Source: Escherichia phage vB_EcoM-ZQ1
Sequence record: MW650886.1
Reading direction: 5' to 3' (one strand)
DNA length: 64,000 bases
Numbering within the stretch: the stretch's first letter is position 1; the number at the start of each line of letters is the position of its first letter. The position numbers and the translations under genes are program-made. Shown one piece after another: positions 8,867 to 16,532 of this stretch. Below the pieces are notes generated by a model. It was not told where the DNA came from. It saw only the letters and a list, made by a program, of their open reading frames with translations, and made no database searches.

Positions 8867-9104
8867 CGATTGTGTTCCCCTTACCCGAACCCTTCTTTAT
8901 CGTACGCAAGACGTCCTTGAAGCCGTCTGGAGCTGATTGTGGTCCCTTCACCCCAGAGACAATCTTGGGAGCACCCACGATCATTTTAATCTCCCCTCCG
9001 CACTCAGTGCAGGGGTTGGATTCAGGCTCGTGGCGATCTGCAATAGATTTACGCAGAGTCATCGCGTTACCACAGCCCTTGCATTGATAATCATACAGCG
9101 GCAT
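8859..9104 (-). CDS. zinc-ribbon protein (CxxC...CxxC)
   Basis: 81 aa; YDYQCKGCG...CTECGG; ATG with G-rich SD. Confidence 0.45.
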   Translation of the reverse strand: MPLYDYQCKGCGNAMTLRKSIADRHEPESNPCTECGGEIKMIVGAPKIVSGVKGPQSAPDGFKDVLRTIKKGSGKGNTIDV

Positions 9105-9405
9105 GGAACACCCCCACGGTTGTCAGTACGAAACGTACCATAATGATAACCAGCAACATCACTGTAGAAAACACTACACGCTTGATCATTTTATCGCGCA
9201 TGTGGATGAACTGATATGAGAGGATAGCCTCGGCCTGTTGATCGGCACGAACGTTCGTGTCACGATGTGGGGACAGTGTGTAGAAGTTGATCTGGTACAC
9301 ATACGCATGAACCAGAGTGAAGAACGACTTCACCCAGACCAAGACAACCACTAACAACAAAGCGAACGTCAGGAAGTTCGCCAACAACCAATAATCGACC
9401 ATCAT
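9091..9405 (-). CDS. small membrane protein
   Basis: 104 aa with hydrophobic segments at both ends; AGAGGT SD; start overlaps the stop of the upstream gene. Confidence 0.4.
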   Translation of the reverse strand: MMVDYWLLANFLTFALLLVVVLVWVKSFFTLVHAYVYQINFYTLSPHRDTNVRADQQAEAILSYQFIHMRDKMIKRVVFSTVMLLVIIMVRFVLTTVGVFHAAV

Positions 9406-9992
9406 ATACCTCTGTTGAAGTCTGGATTATTCTCAATGAAGTAAGAGCCACAAGCCATTATCGCAAACGAATCCACGAGGTCATCGATTGGCTTGGGATC
9501 CTTAACTTCCAACATATCCATTATACCGCGCATGCTAACATTGAACAGCGACTCGAAGTGAGCGATCATGGCGTGTTTATCCGCGTTGCCCTTGTCGGTG
9601 AACATCTTCTTCACATGGGATGGCGTCACGATCTGGAAGTCGAAATTGTTACGGCGCAGGGCTTGCTTCAATAGTGAGGTATTCTCTGCGGTCTGGCATA
9701 TGTTGTTGGAGTTCTTAGAGTTGCCCATAGCATACCCTTCAAGAGCGATCGCATCCGGCTTCTCAGTCAACAGAACAGCCTCAGCCCATTTACAGATATT
9801 ATAGAAGCGTTCTTCTGGGGTCTCCCACTTCGGTTGCTTCATGATAAGGATGTTCTGACGAATCTGAGTGCAATACTTCTCCACAGTATAATATGCGTAG
9901 AAGCGCAGATGATCAAAATCAAGAGGGTCTTTATCATCCCAGAAGCACAGGGATGGACAGCCATAGGAGTAGTCGATTCCGCAATATTTCAT
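9402..9992 (-). CDS. RuvC-like Holliday junction resolvase
   Basis: N-terminal MKYCGIDYSYG (RuvC GIDPG-like) and C-terminal DDLVDSFAIMACG (RuvC D..AD.LAIA-like); listed start is TTG, re-set to the internal ATG. Confidence 0.5.
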   Translation of the reverse strand: MKYCGIDYSYGCPSLCFWDDKDPLDFDHLRFYAYYTVEKYCTQIRQNILIMKQPKWETPEERFYNICKWAEAVLLTEKPDAIALEGYAMGNSKNSNNICQTAENTSLLKQALRRNNFDFQIVTPSHVKKMFTDKGNADKHAMIAHFESLFNVSMRGIMDMLEVKDPKPIDDLVDSFAIMACGSYFIENNPDFNRGI

Positions 9993-10043
9993 GTAAATAG
10001 CCCATAACAAAGTTTCATTGGTGTATGGGCTATTTACGCTGGG

Positions 10044-10535
10044 TTAACGAGTGATGATTTTGCTGTCAGGCAGGATCAGACCAGGGTGGTCCAGGTTCTT
10101 CTGCATCTGTTGGATACTCTGCAGGATCACGGTAGTGTCGATGTGGCGTTTCACTTTGCGCGCTTCATCACCGTAGGAGATCTGCCCCTGAGGATCGATG
10201 TAGTGGGCTGTCACAACCTGCAGATCATAACCACACTTGATCAGGTACTTAGCAATGTTGCTAACTTCGAGAGACAGGGACTCACCGTCCACACCAATGT
10301 TGGCTGAGTAGACGATTACGCCATTTTCTACTGCTTTCGGTTCAAACAAAACCATACCAGCGATCGTCTGGATCAAAGGAACTCCCTCGGTATCGAAAGC
10401 CACCTGATCGAACGCACCGATGAACTCATCCGGCACTTTACCTTCGGCATCAGAAACTGTGTGTTTCATAAGGTCCAGGACGTGTTGTTGTACTTCCTCA
10501 ATCGGAGCACGTTCAACGGGTTTTTCGTTTTGCAT
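10044..10535 (-). CDS. hypothetical protein
   Basis: Start re-set to MQNEKP, which has a GGAG SD 7 nt upstream; the longer listed ORF overlaps the upstream gene. Confidence 0.4.
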   Translation of the reverse strand: MQNEKPVERAPIEEVQQHVLDLMKHTVSDAEGKVPDEFIGAFDQVAFDTEGVPLIQTIAGMVLFEPKAVENGVIVYSANIGVDGESLSLEVSNIAKYLIKCGYDLQVVTAHYIDPQGQISYGDEARKVKRHIDTTVILQSIQQMQKNLDHPGLILPDSKIITR

Positions 10536-11037
10536 TACTTTTCTCCAGTTCATAATCGCGCTCCACAACGTATTGGTAGACACGCATCTTAATATAGTCA
10601 GCACTGCCTGCTGAAGACAGCACCATCCATCCACTACTAAGGGCATTCATCTTATATTGACCAACACCCTCTTGAAAATAACTTTTAATCTGTTCTAGCT
10701 TTCGAACACGATGATAATACGAGATGAGTTCGCCGATGACAATACAATCTGGATAATGCTTTTCCAATGTATTGATGTTGCGGTGAACATATACGGGTAG
10801 AACTTCTTCATCGTCGATAGGGCTGTAGTATGGGTCTACGATGACCACTTGTAGACCATAACGCAGCAGGTCTTTGACACCCAGCCGACAGAACTTATAA
10901 TCTTCGTGTTTCATTGCCACATGGAGGATATTCTCTTTCTTGGCATAATCGGTCAGGAAGATAAAGAAGTCTGTGTTGGGATCGGGATATTGTATAGACA
11001 GTTCTTTGCCTATTTCACTAAAACAAAATCCGCGCAT
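10513..11037 (-). CDS. hypothetical protein
   Basis: About 174 aa; start MRGFCF chosen for SD spacing; divergent from the plus-strand gene at 11087. Confidence 0.45.
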   Translation of the reverse strand: MRGFCFSEIGKELSIQYPDPNTDFFIFLTDYAKKENILHVAMKHEDYKFCRLGVKDLLRYGLQVVIVDPYYSPIDDEEVLPVYVHRNINTLEKHYPDCIVIGELISYYHRVRKLEQIKSYFQEGVGQYKMNALSSGWMVLSSAGSADYIKMRVYQYVVERDYELEKSNAKRKTR

Positions 11038-11086
11038 TTTCATTCCTCGTTATAATTACTCTTACAATATACCGTGGAGATACATT

Positions 11087-11893
11087 ATGAATTTACCATC
11101 ATTGCCCAGAACAGAAAAGACATATAAAAGCGACTTTTGGCCTACTGTGATCAAATATCGCGCCTTTACTGCAGGGCAACAAACTTTATTACTTCAGGTG
11201 TCAGATCCGCAAACGCCGATTGAAGAACGCGCGGCCATGATGGAGAGTCTCTTTAGCGAGTGTGTAAATGCAGGCGCACCTTTCAGTAAACTGCCAATCG
11301 GCGTTGTTGAGGAAGTGTTCATCCGCATGCGCATGATCTCCATCGGTGAATTGATGAAGATTCGCTATAAATGCAATAATCAGATTGAAGAAACGATCGA
11401 TCTGGGAGATGGTCAAGAAAAGCACCAGATGGTTCCCTGTGAGCAGGAACTGACTCTACCTATCCCGTTGAACAACGTCAAATGCATTGCTCAGGACGGC
11501 TTCCGGGAGACGTTTGACCTGCCAGGTGGATATCACCTCAAGATGCGCCAACCTTCCTTCTCGGACGCTACGGCACTGTCTGATGCTGCAAGCGTTGAGA
11601 TGATGCTGGCCACCTTTATCGACTGCCTGTACGATGATGACGGTCAGGTGTGGAAGGTTGAGAATCCTGAAGAAATCGGAATCACTCCGGAAGAGGCTAC
11701 TGAGCGCCGCCGTGTGAAAGAAGCGTTTGTTGAGTGGGTGAAGGATAACATCGAATCAGATGTTATTGACAGCATTACGAAGAACTTCTTCCACAAAATA
11801 CCGCGCATCCACTACAAGAGTTCGATCAAGTGTCCGAAATGTGGTAAGGATCACAAAATCGAATTCAATAGTATTAATGAAATTTTCATTTAA
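11087..11893 (+). CDS. hypothetical protein with C-terminal zinc ribbon, immediately upstream of the gp5-like spike gene
   Basis: ATG MNLPSLPRTEK preceded by GGAG; C-terminal CPKCGKDHK; the listed ORF starts earlier on a non-ATG codon. Confidence 0.5.
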   Translation: MNLPSLPRTEKTYKSDFWPTVIKYRAFTAGQQTLLLQVSDPQTPIEERAAMMESLFSECVNAGAPFSKLPIGVVEEVFIRMRMISIGELMKIRYKCNNQIEETIDLGDGQEKHQMVPCEQELTLPIPLNNVKCIAQDGFRETFDLPGGYHLKMRQPSFSDATALSDAASVEMMLATFIDCLYDDDGQVWKVENPEEIGITPEEATERRRVKEAFVEWVKDNIESDVIDSITKNFFHKIPRIHYKSSIKCPKCGKDHKIEFNSINEIFI

Positions 11894-12042
11894 TGTTTGA
11901 AACTGATTTATTATCCTACTTCGTGATGTGTGATGAATTGAAGTTACACGGCTATAGCATATTTGAAATCAACGAGTCGATGCCATGGCATCTTGACTTG
12001 TTAACCGAAGCCCTCAAGGTCAGGTTGTCTAAGAAACAGTAA
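11893..12042 (+). CDS. small hypothetical ORF (49 aa)
   Basis: TAATG-coupled to the previous gene (MFETDLLSYFVMCDELKLHGYSIFEINESMPWHLDLLTEALKVRLSKKQ), followed directly by an intrinsic terminator; below the ORF-track size cutoff. Confidence 0.25.
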   Translation: MFETDLLSYFVMCDELKLHGYSIFEINESMPWHLDLLTEALKVRLSKKQ

Positions 12043-12066
12043 TCCCGCTTCGGCGGGATTTTTATT
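12042..12066 (+). terminator. intrinsic terminator
   Basis: ATCCCGC-TTCG-GCGGGAT hairpin followed by TTTTTATT. Confidence 0.6.
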
Positions 12067-12112
12067 GTCTTAACTGCAAAATAGGTTAACACGCGTTCTC
12101 TTTACCTGAAAT

Positions 12113-12121
12113 TGCTATAAT
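12113..12121 (+). promoter_or_regulatory. possible extended -10 promoter (TGcTATAAT)
   Basis: TGCTATAAT in the long non-coding stretch upstream of the gp5-like gene; no clear -35. Confidence 0.25.
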
Positions 12122-12277
12122 GGGCTTGTTCCCGAGTCATTTGTTGGTGTTTGTCTGTTTTGAATCAGATTGTCAGTAAAATACCATTTTTCAAGGAGTG
12201 TTCTGGGGTGTACAGTTATTGCCTCGCCCTTATGCCTCCATGGCATTGGAATGGTGCTGCCCGCATAGGGCGGTTTG

Positions 12278-12296
12278 ATGAGCGAAGCGAATAGGA
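12278..12296. repeat. 19-mer shared with 54425..54443 in inverse orientation
   Basis: ATGAGCGAAGCGAATAGGA is the exact reverse complement of TCCTATTCGCTTCGCTCAT; each copy is flanked by ATAAAACAAATA. Confidence 0.55.
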
Positions 12297-12363
12297 TCGA
12301 ATAAAACAAATAAAATGAACGGAAGCAGAGCTTCCTATAGTATATAAGGCAAAATCAGCTGCG

Positions 12364-12371
12364 CATAAATA
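12364..12371 (+). promoter_or_regulatory. late-promoter-like motif CATAAATA
   Basis: 7/8 match to TATAAATA, 34 nt upstream of the gp5-like ATG; same spacing as the motif at 6251. Confidence 0.4.
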
Positions 12372-12405
12372 CCTTCAAATCCTTGTTTGACAACCGGAAC
12401 TCAAT

Positions 12406-14016
12406 ATGTTAGACAATATGAGATGGTTTTACGGCACCGTTGAAGATGTCAACGATCCAGACCAAAACGGGCGAGTTGCTGTTCGCATATATGGCGTACA
12501 CACCGACGATCCCGTCCTCCTGCCTACGGACAAACTCCCATGGGCGAAGGTACTGATGCCTGCTTCAAACGCCTCCTCTGCTGGTTTAGGTTGGTCTCCA
12601 ACGGGTATCATTCCTGGTACTGAGGTTATGGGGTTCGCCCTTGACGAAGCATACCAGAATTTACGCATCACCTGGACTTGGACTGGTTCAAGTCCTACTG
12701 ATGGTGCCGACACAAACCCACTGGCTCTCGGGCAGGTCGTTCAATCTGTGGAACGTCAGGCGTACAACGCCGTCACTGACGTTCCTGTGAAACAAGAAGA
12801 CGAACCACAACCAGATCCACAACCACCTGTTGGCGGGTATGATCCAGAGAAGTGGATGACAATCGCTCGTGGCGAATTGGGTATCAAGGAGTACGCTGGA
12901 AAGTTCAACAACAACCCGCGCATTATAGAATATCACAAGACAACCTCCCTTGGTGCTTCTGAAGATGAAGTGTCGTGGTGTGCGGCGTTCGTGGGTTGGG
13001 TTATGATACAGGCTGGATACACGTCTACACGCTCCGCTCTTGCCCGATCTTACCTTACATGGGGCACTCCACTGTCAGCACCACAATATGGCGCTATCGT
13101 AGTCTTCCGGCGTGGTAACAACCCTACATTTGGACACGTAGCGTTTGTGCAGAAGTTCGATGCAAACTATGTCTGGTGTATTGGTGGCAACCAATCCGAT
13201 TCAGTGAAGGTTAGTCGTTTCAGACGTTCTTCGGTCTTGGGATATCGTTGGCCTGGTCCTGCTAACACAGCCACAGCCGTGCCTGCGCAGCAGAATGGTA
13301 AATGGTCAGAACCTATCCCAGATCGTACTCCAAAGGAACAACCGACTCCGGCTCCTACTGGGCGAGTACAGGATATTGACAACACTGGAGAAACCATGGT
13401 TCCGGCTGCGGGTGGCTCCAAATACCCGTACAATAACGTCATGGTGTCCCGAGCTGGGCATATTATGGAAGTGGATGACACCCCTGGTGGTGAACGTCTT
13501 CATTGGATGCATAAGTCTGGGTCTTACAAGCAAATGTTGCCGGATGGTGATGTGGTCAACAAGTCCGTCAAAGACCACTATGACCTGACGATGTTCAACA
13601 AGCGTTATTATGTCGGCGGGGACCACAACCTGACGGTCAAAGGAACTGAAGTTCAGCGCAAGACAGGTGAGGTCTATCATTTGCATTCCAACAACTACTC
13701 AAATGTGGTTGCGGGCACAGCGCTGATGAAATTCAGTGACCTAGCGGAAATGCAAGCGCAGAATATTCTGCGCATTATCTGCGAGACTCTGGAGGTCGGC
13801 GGGACATTGAAGGTTCCTAAGATTCTAACGACTGAGATCATCGCTGACAAACTGACTGTCGCTCAGACGATCAATGGTAACATCATATATGCCGAAGGTG
13901 CTGGTCGCGCTTCTTCTCTGTCAGGTGCAACCCCTGCATCCCCTACGGGTCCGGGTGAGATTGACATCAAGGCAGAATTAAAAGACAATGGTGGTAATTT
14001 CGGCACCAAAGAGTAA
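12406..14016 (+). CDS. baseplate central spike protein (T4 gp5-like N-terminal OB domain) with cysteine peptidase (CHAP/NlpC-P60-like) domain
   Basis: WFYGTVEDVNDPDQNGRVAVRIYGVHTDDPVLLPTDKLPWAKVLMP matches the T4 gp5 N-terminus; internal SWCAAFVGWV...GHVAFVQ gives the Cys/His peptidase signature; Gly/Ser-rich C-terminus. Confidence 0.8.
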   Translation: MLDNMRWFYGTVEDVNDPDQNGRVAVRIYGVHTDDPVLLPTDKLPWAKVLMPASNASSAGLGWSPTGIIPGTEVMGFALDEAYQNLRITWTWTGSSPTDGADTNPLALGQVVQSVERQAYNAVTDVPVKQEDEPQPDPQPPVGGYDPEKWMTIARGELGIKEYAGKFNNNPRIIEYHKTTSLGASEDEVSWCAAFVGWVMIQAGYTSTRSALARSYLTWGTPLSAPQYGAIVVFRRGNNPTFGHVAFVQKFDANYVWCIGGNQSDSVKVSRFRRSSVLGYRWPGPANTATAVPAQQNGKWSEPIPDRTPKEQPTPAPTGRVQDIDNTGETMVPAAGGSKYPYNNVMVSRAGHIMEVDDTPGGERLHWMHKSGSYKQMLPDGDVVNKSVKDHYDLTMFNKRYYVGGDHNLTVKGTEVQRKTGEVYHLHSNNYSNVVAGTALMKFSDLAEMQAQNILRIICETLEVGGTLKVPKILTTEIIADKLTVAQTINGNIIYAEGAGRASSLSGATPASPTGPGEIDIKAELKDNGGNFGTKE

Positions 14017-14089
14017 GTTGGTATAAGTTTGGTGGTAGAGGGGCAGCACGTCTCTCTGCTCCTTATAGGCATCCTGAGAGGATCGCGAA

Positions 14090-14470
14090 ATGAAAGAGTA
14101 TAAAGATGTCGATCTGAAGTTCGGCATGCATCCAGTGACCAAAGATGTCACCATGAAATCAGGTGTGTATGCTGTCTTACAATCCGTGCGGAATATCGTC
14201 ATGTCTTCAGTCGGGGACTGGCCCACTTATCCTGGGATCGGCGCGGGGCTTTATGGGCTGCTGGGTGAAAACACGACACCGACTATCCAGGTAGATGTGA
14301 AGAACAAAGTAGAGGACGCCATCGCCCTGTATGAACCCAGAGCAGAGGTAGAAGAAGTCACGGTGAGTCTGTCAGAGGATTACCACTCTCTGGGCGTGAC
14401 CATCACATTCTATGTGGTCAACAATCCAGATCCAATAACAGACACCGTGTGGTTGAAAAGGACGAATTAG
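14090..14470 (+). CDS. baseplate wedge protein (T4 gp25 / GPW family)
   Basis: 126 aa; YEPR and NPDPI motifs and size match gp25; directly downstream of the gp5-like gene. Confidence 0.7.
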   Translation: MKEYKDVDLKFGMHPVTKDVTMKSGVYAVLQSVRNIVMSSVGDWPTYPGIGAGLYGLLGENTTPTIQVDVKNKVEDAIALYEPRAEVEEVTVSLSEDYHSLGVTITFYVVNNPDPITDTVWLKRTN

Positions 14471-14557
14471 AATTTCTTCCTGAATGCCGGAGCCACGACT
14501 AACATGAAGTGGGGACTGCCAGCTGCATGCCCAGCTCTTTGTAATCTTGCATGAGGA

Positions 14558-15019
14558 CTACTCCGCCAGGGTGATCACAACCATATTTAAGACTGTGTCG
14601 ATAGCTCGGCCTGTTTCCTCTTCATGGAGGGTTTCGGCGCGGAGGTGCACGTCGGTGATGAAATTGTCGATGTGCATTGAAGTCAGGTACGGGCGGTGCT
14701 GGGATAATGGACGGTTGGCCATCACATAATTGCGCAGTGTGTTGAAGTCCTGATGAGAGCATTCTGTGGTATCGATACGGAGGAAGCGTTCGTTGTGTCT
14801 TGTCTTCAACTCAGTTGCTTTCCCGAGGTAGACCAGAGGTCCATTGCGACCGATACGGAACATGACATCAACAACAGACTTGAAGATTTCGCGTTCAATC
14901 AGTGCGGTGGGTGACCAGCAGATCTCTTCTTTGTCGTCGGCGTACAGGGTGTCGATCACCAGAGGAAGCTGAATGTAACCGAAGTTGTGCAGTGGGTTGG
15001 TAAGTACCTTGTTTGTCAT
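14558..15019 (-). CDS. hypothetical protein (possible GIY-YIG endonuclease, EndoII-like)
   Basis: 153 aa; PLVYLGKATELKTRHNE resembles T4 EndoII ELVYIGKTKNLRKR; weak call; carries the conserved leader/start motif. Confidence 0.3.
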   Translation of the reverse strand: MTNKVLTNPLHNFGYIQLPLVIDTLYADDKEEICWSPTALIEREIFKSVVDVMFRIGRNGPLVYLGKATELKTRHNERFLRIDTTECSHQDFNTLRNYVMANRPLSQHRPYLTSMHIDNFITDVHLRAETLHEEETGRAIDTVLNMVVITLAE

Positions 15020-15068
15020 GATATAGTTCCCGCTTTCAATTTGTGGCGAATGCCAATGAATTACTGGG

Positions 15069-15097
15069 AAGTATAAGCGCAGGGATTATAGAAGTAA
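15069..15097 (-). promoter_or_regulatory. early promoter (-35 TTTACT, 17 nt, -10 TATACT) abutting a hairpin
   Basis: GGGGCTTTACTTCT...TATACTTC; same architecture as the cassettes at 27987 and 61083. Confidence 0.5.
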
Positions 15098-15117
15098 AGC
15101 CCCTCAATGAGGGGCTT
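15095..15117 (-). terminator. hairpin after nrdH (terminator element of a promoter-hairpin cassette)
   Basis: AAAGCCCCTCATTGAGGGGCTTT inverted repeat immediately followed by the TTTACT -35. Confidence 0.45.
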
Positions 15118-15124
15118 TGGCTTG

Positions 15125-15349
15125 TCAGCGTTTAAGGCTGGCGGCGAGTCCATTAACGTCGGTCACGGTCTGGTCAGCGAGAACGATTACAGGCATCGAC
15201 ACGCGCGGCTTACCTGTCAACTGCTGAAGTTCTTCCAGCCGGTAATCTTTGTCCAGCTTGAGGATCTTGTGTTCCAGCCCTTTCATTTTGCACAGATTTT
15301 CGGCTGTTACACACTGAGCGCAACCTTGTTTGGAATAGATCGTAATCAT
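15125..15349 (-). CDS. nrdH: glutaredoxin-like protein (NrdH-like)
   Basis: 74 aa; CAQC redox motif near the N-terminus; sits just downstream of nrdB; AAGGTG SD. Confidence 0.7.
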   Translation of the reverse strand: MITIYSKQGCAQCVTAENLCKMKGLEHKILKLDKDYRLEELQQLTGKPRVSMPVIVLADQTVTDVNGLAASLKR

Positions 15350-15358
15350 TTCTCACCT

Positions 15359-16462
15359 TTAAGCGAATTTGAGGCCATCGGATACCGAACCAGTCAGTAC
15401 ACCCATCAGATAATCAGGAGCTTCCGCTTCCTGCAACGCGTACTGCATTGCCTTATTATCTAGCCAGTCATTAATCCATGGGACTGGGTTCTCCTTGCGA
15501 GGTTCACCGGGATATGGATGCCCGATAGCGCCCATCCGGTGGGTTGCCAGCCAGTCTACCATCTGATGAAGGATCTTGGCGTTCAGCCCCAGGATGGAAC
15601 CGTCTTTGAATAGGTAGTTCGCCCACTCCTTCTCCTGATGGACCACGTCCAGGAACATCTGGGTCATCTCACCACGCAGTTCCTCACGGATGATTGCAAA
15701 GTCGGGGTCCATACCAGGCAGGCGGTTTAGAAGCGTCTGGGTCAGGATCAGGTGATCCTGCTCATCACGGGCGATCTGTCGAATGATTTTGGCATTGCCT
15801 TCCATCTTCTTCTGGAACTGTGTGAATGCCCAAGAGCATGCAAAGGACACGTAGAAGCGGATGCCTTCCAGTGTGTTGGCAGCAAACAGAGCACGCCAGA
15901 ATGCGCGTTTGGCATTCATCAGATCTTCTCGGGTGAAGATGCGTCCGGCCATACGCATGCCACTGTACTGTACCATGTCATCGTAGTACACACTGATCTG
16001 GTGAGCACAGTCCACGATCTCCACAACATCCAGTACGTGGTCAAACACGATACCTGGATCGTTCACAGTATTGCGCAAAATGTGGGTGTACGATAAAGAG
16101 TGAATGGCTTCCTGGCGCGTCCATTCAAGGACAGCAAACTGCATTTCAGGGGTAGACGCCCATGGACCAAACGCCTCGAACGGAGCCGCACCCTGGATAG
16201 AGTCCAGCATGGTCTGGCGCTTCAGGTTGCTGAAGTAGACATGTTTCTCTGCTTCGTTCAGAGTAGCGAAGTCTGCCTTGTCCTTGGTGATGTCCACCTC
16301 TTCAGGACGCCAGAACTGGCTGAGACCTTTCTCATACCACTTCTGTACGAATGGCCAGGCCACGACATCGTAACGCTGGATGCTCACTGGGTCACCGAAG
16401 AACGGTAGACCAGTGTTGTCCGAGCTTGGGTCGAATACGGAGAATTGTTTCTGTTCGCTCAT
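15359..16462 (-). CDS. nrdB: ribonucleotide reductase class Ia small subunit
   Basis: 367 aa; ferritin-like diiron protein with EAIHS-type motif; adjacent to nrdA. Confidence 0.85.
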   Translation of the reverse strand: MSEQKQFSVFDPSSDNTGLPFFGDPVSIQRYDVVAWPFVQKWYEKGLSQFWRPEEVDITKDKADFATLNEAEKHVYFSNLKRQTMLDSIQGAAPFEAFGPWASTPEMQFAVLEWTRQEAIHSLSYTHILRNTVNDPGIVFDHVLDVVEIVDCAHQISVYYDDMVQYSGMRMAGRIFTREDLMNAKRAFWRALFAANTLEGIRFYVSFACSWAFTQFQKKMEGNAKIIRQIARDEQDHLILTQTLLNRLPGMDPDFAIIREELRGEMTQMFLDVVHQEKEWANYLFKDGSILGLNAKILHQMVDWLATHRMGAIGHPYPGEPRKENPVPWINDWLDNKAMQYALQEAEAPDYLMGVLTGSVSDGLKFA

Positions 16463-16532
16463 GTTTCTTTCCTGATTAATAAGGGGTGATCTCTCACCCC
16501 TGATGATATAACGGTAGTAGGTTTAGACCAAT

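Noticed and set aside
9260-9451. 63-aa minus-strand ORF overlapping the RuvC-like gene
   Set aside because: Alternative frame inside a gene with recognisable RuvC motifs; Cys/Gly-rich composition is atypical.
12067-12405. Possible tRNA or small RNA gene in the 340-bp non-coding stretch (GGATCGAAT resembles a T-loop)
   Set aside because: Could not build a cloverleaf (no matching acceptor or T stem) by eye on either strand; left as a regulatory/repeat region. A tRNA scan would settle it.
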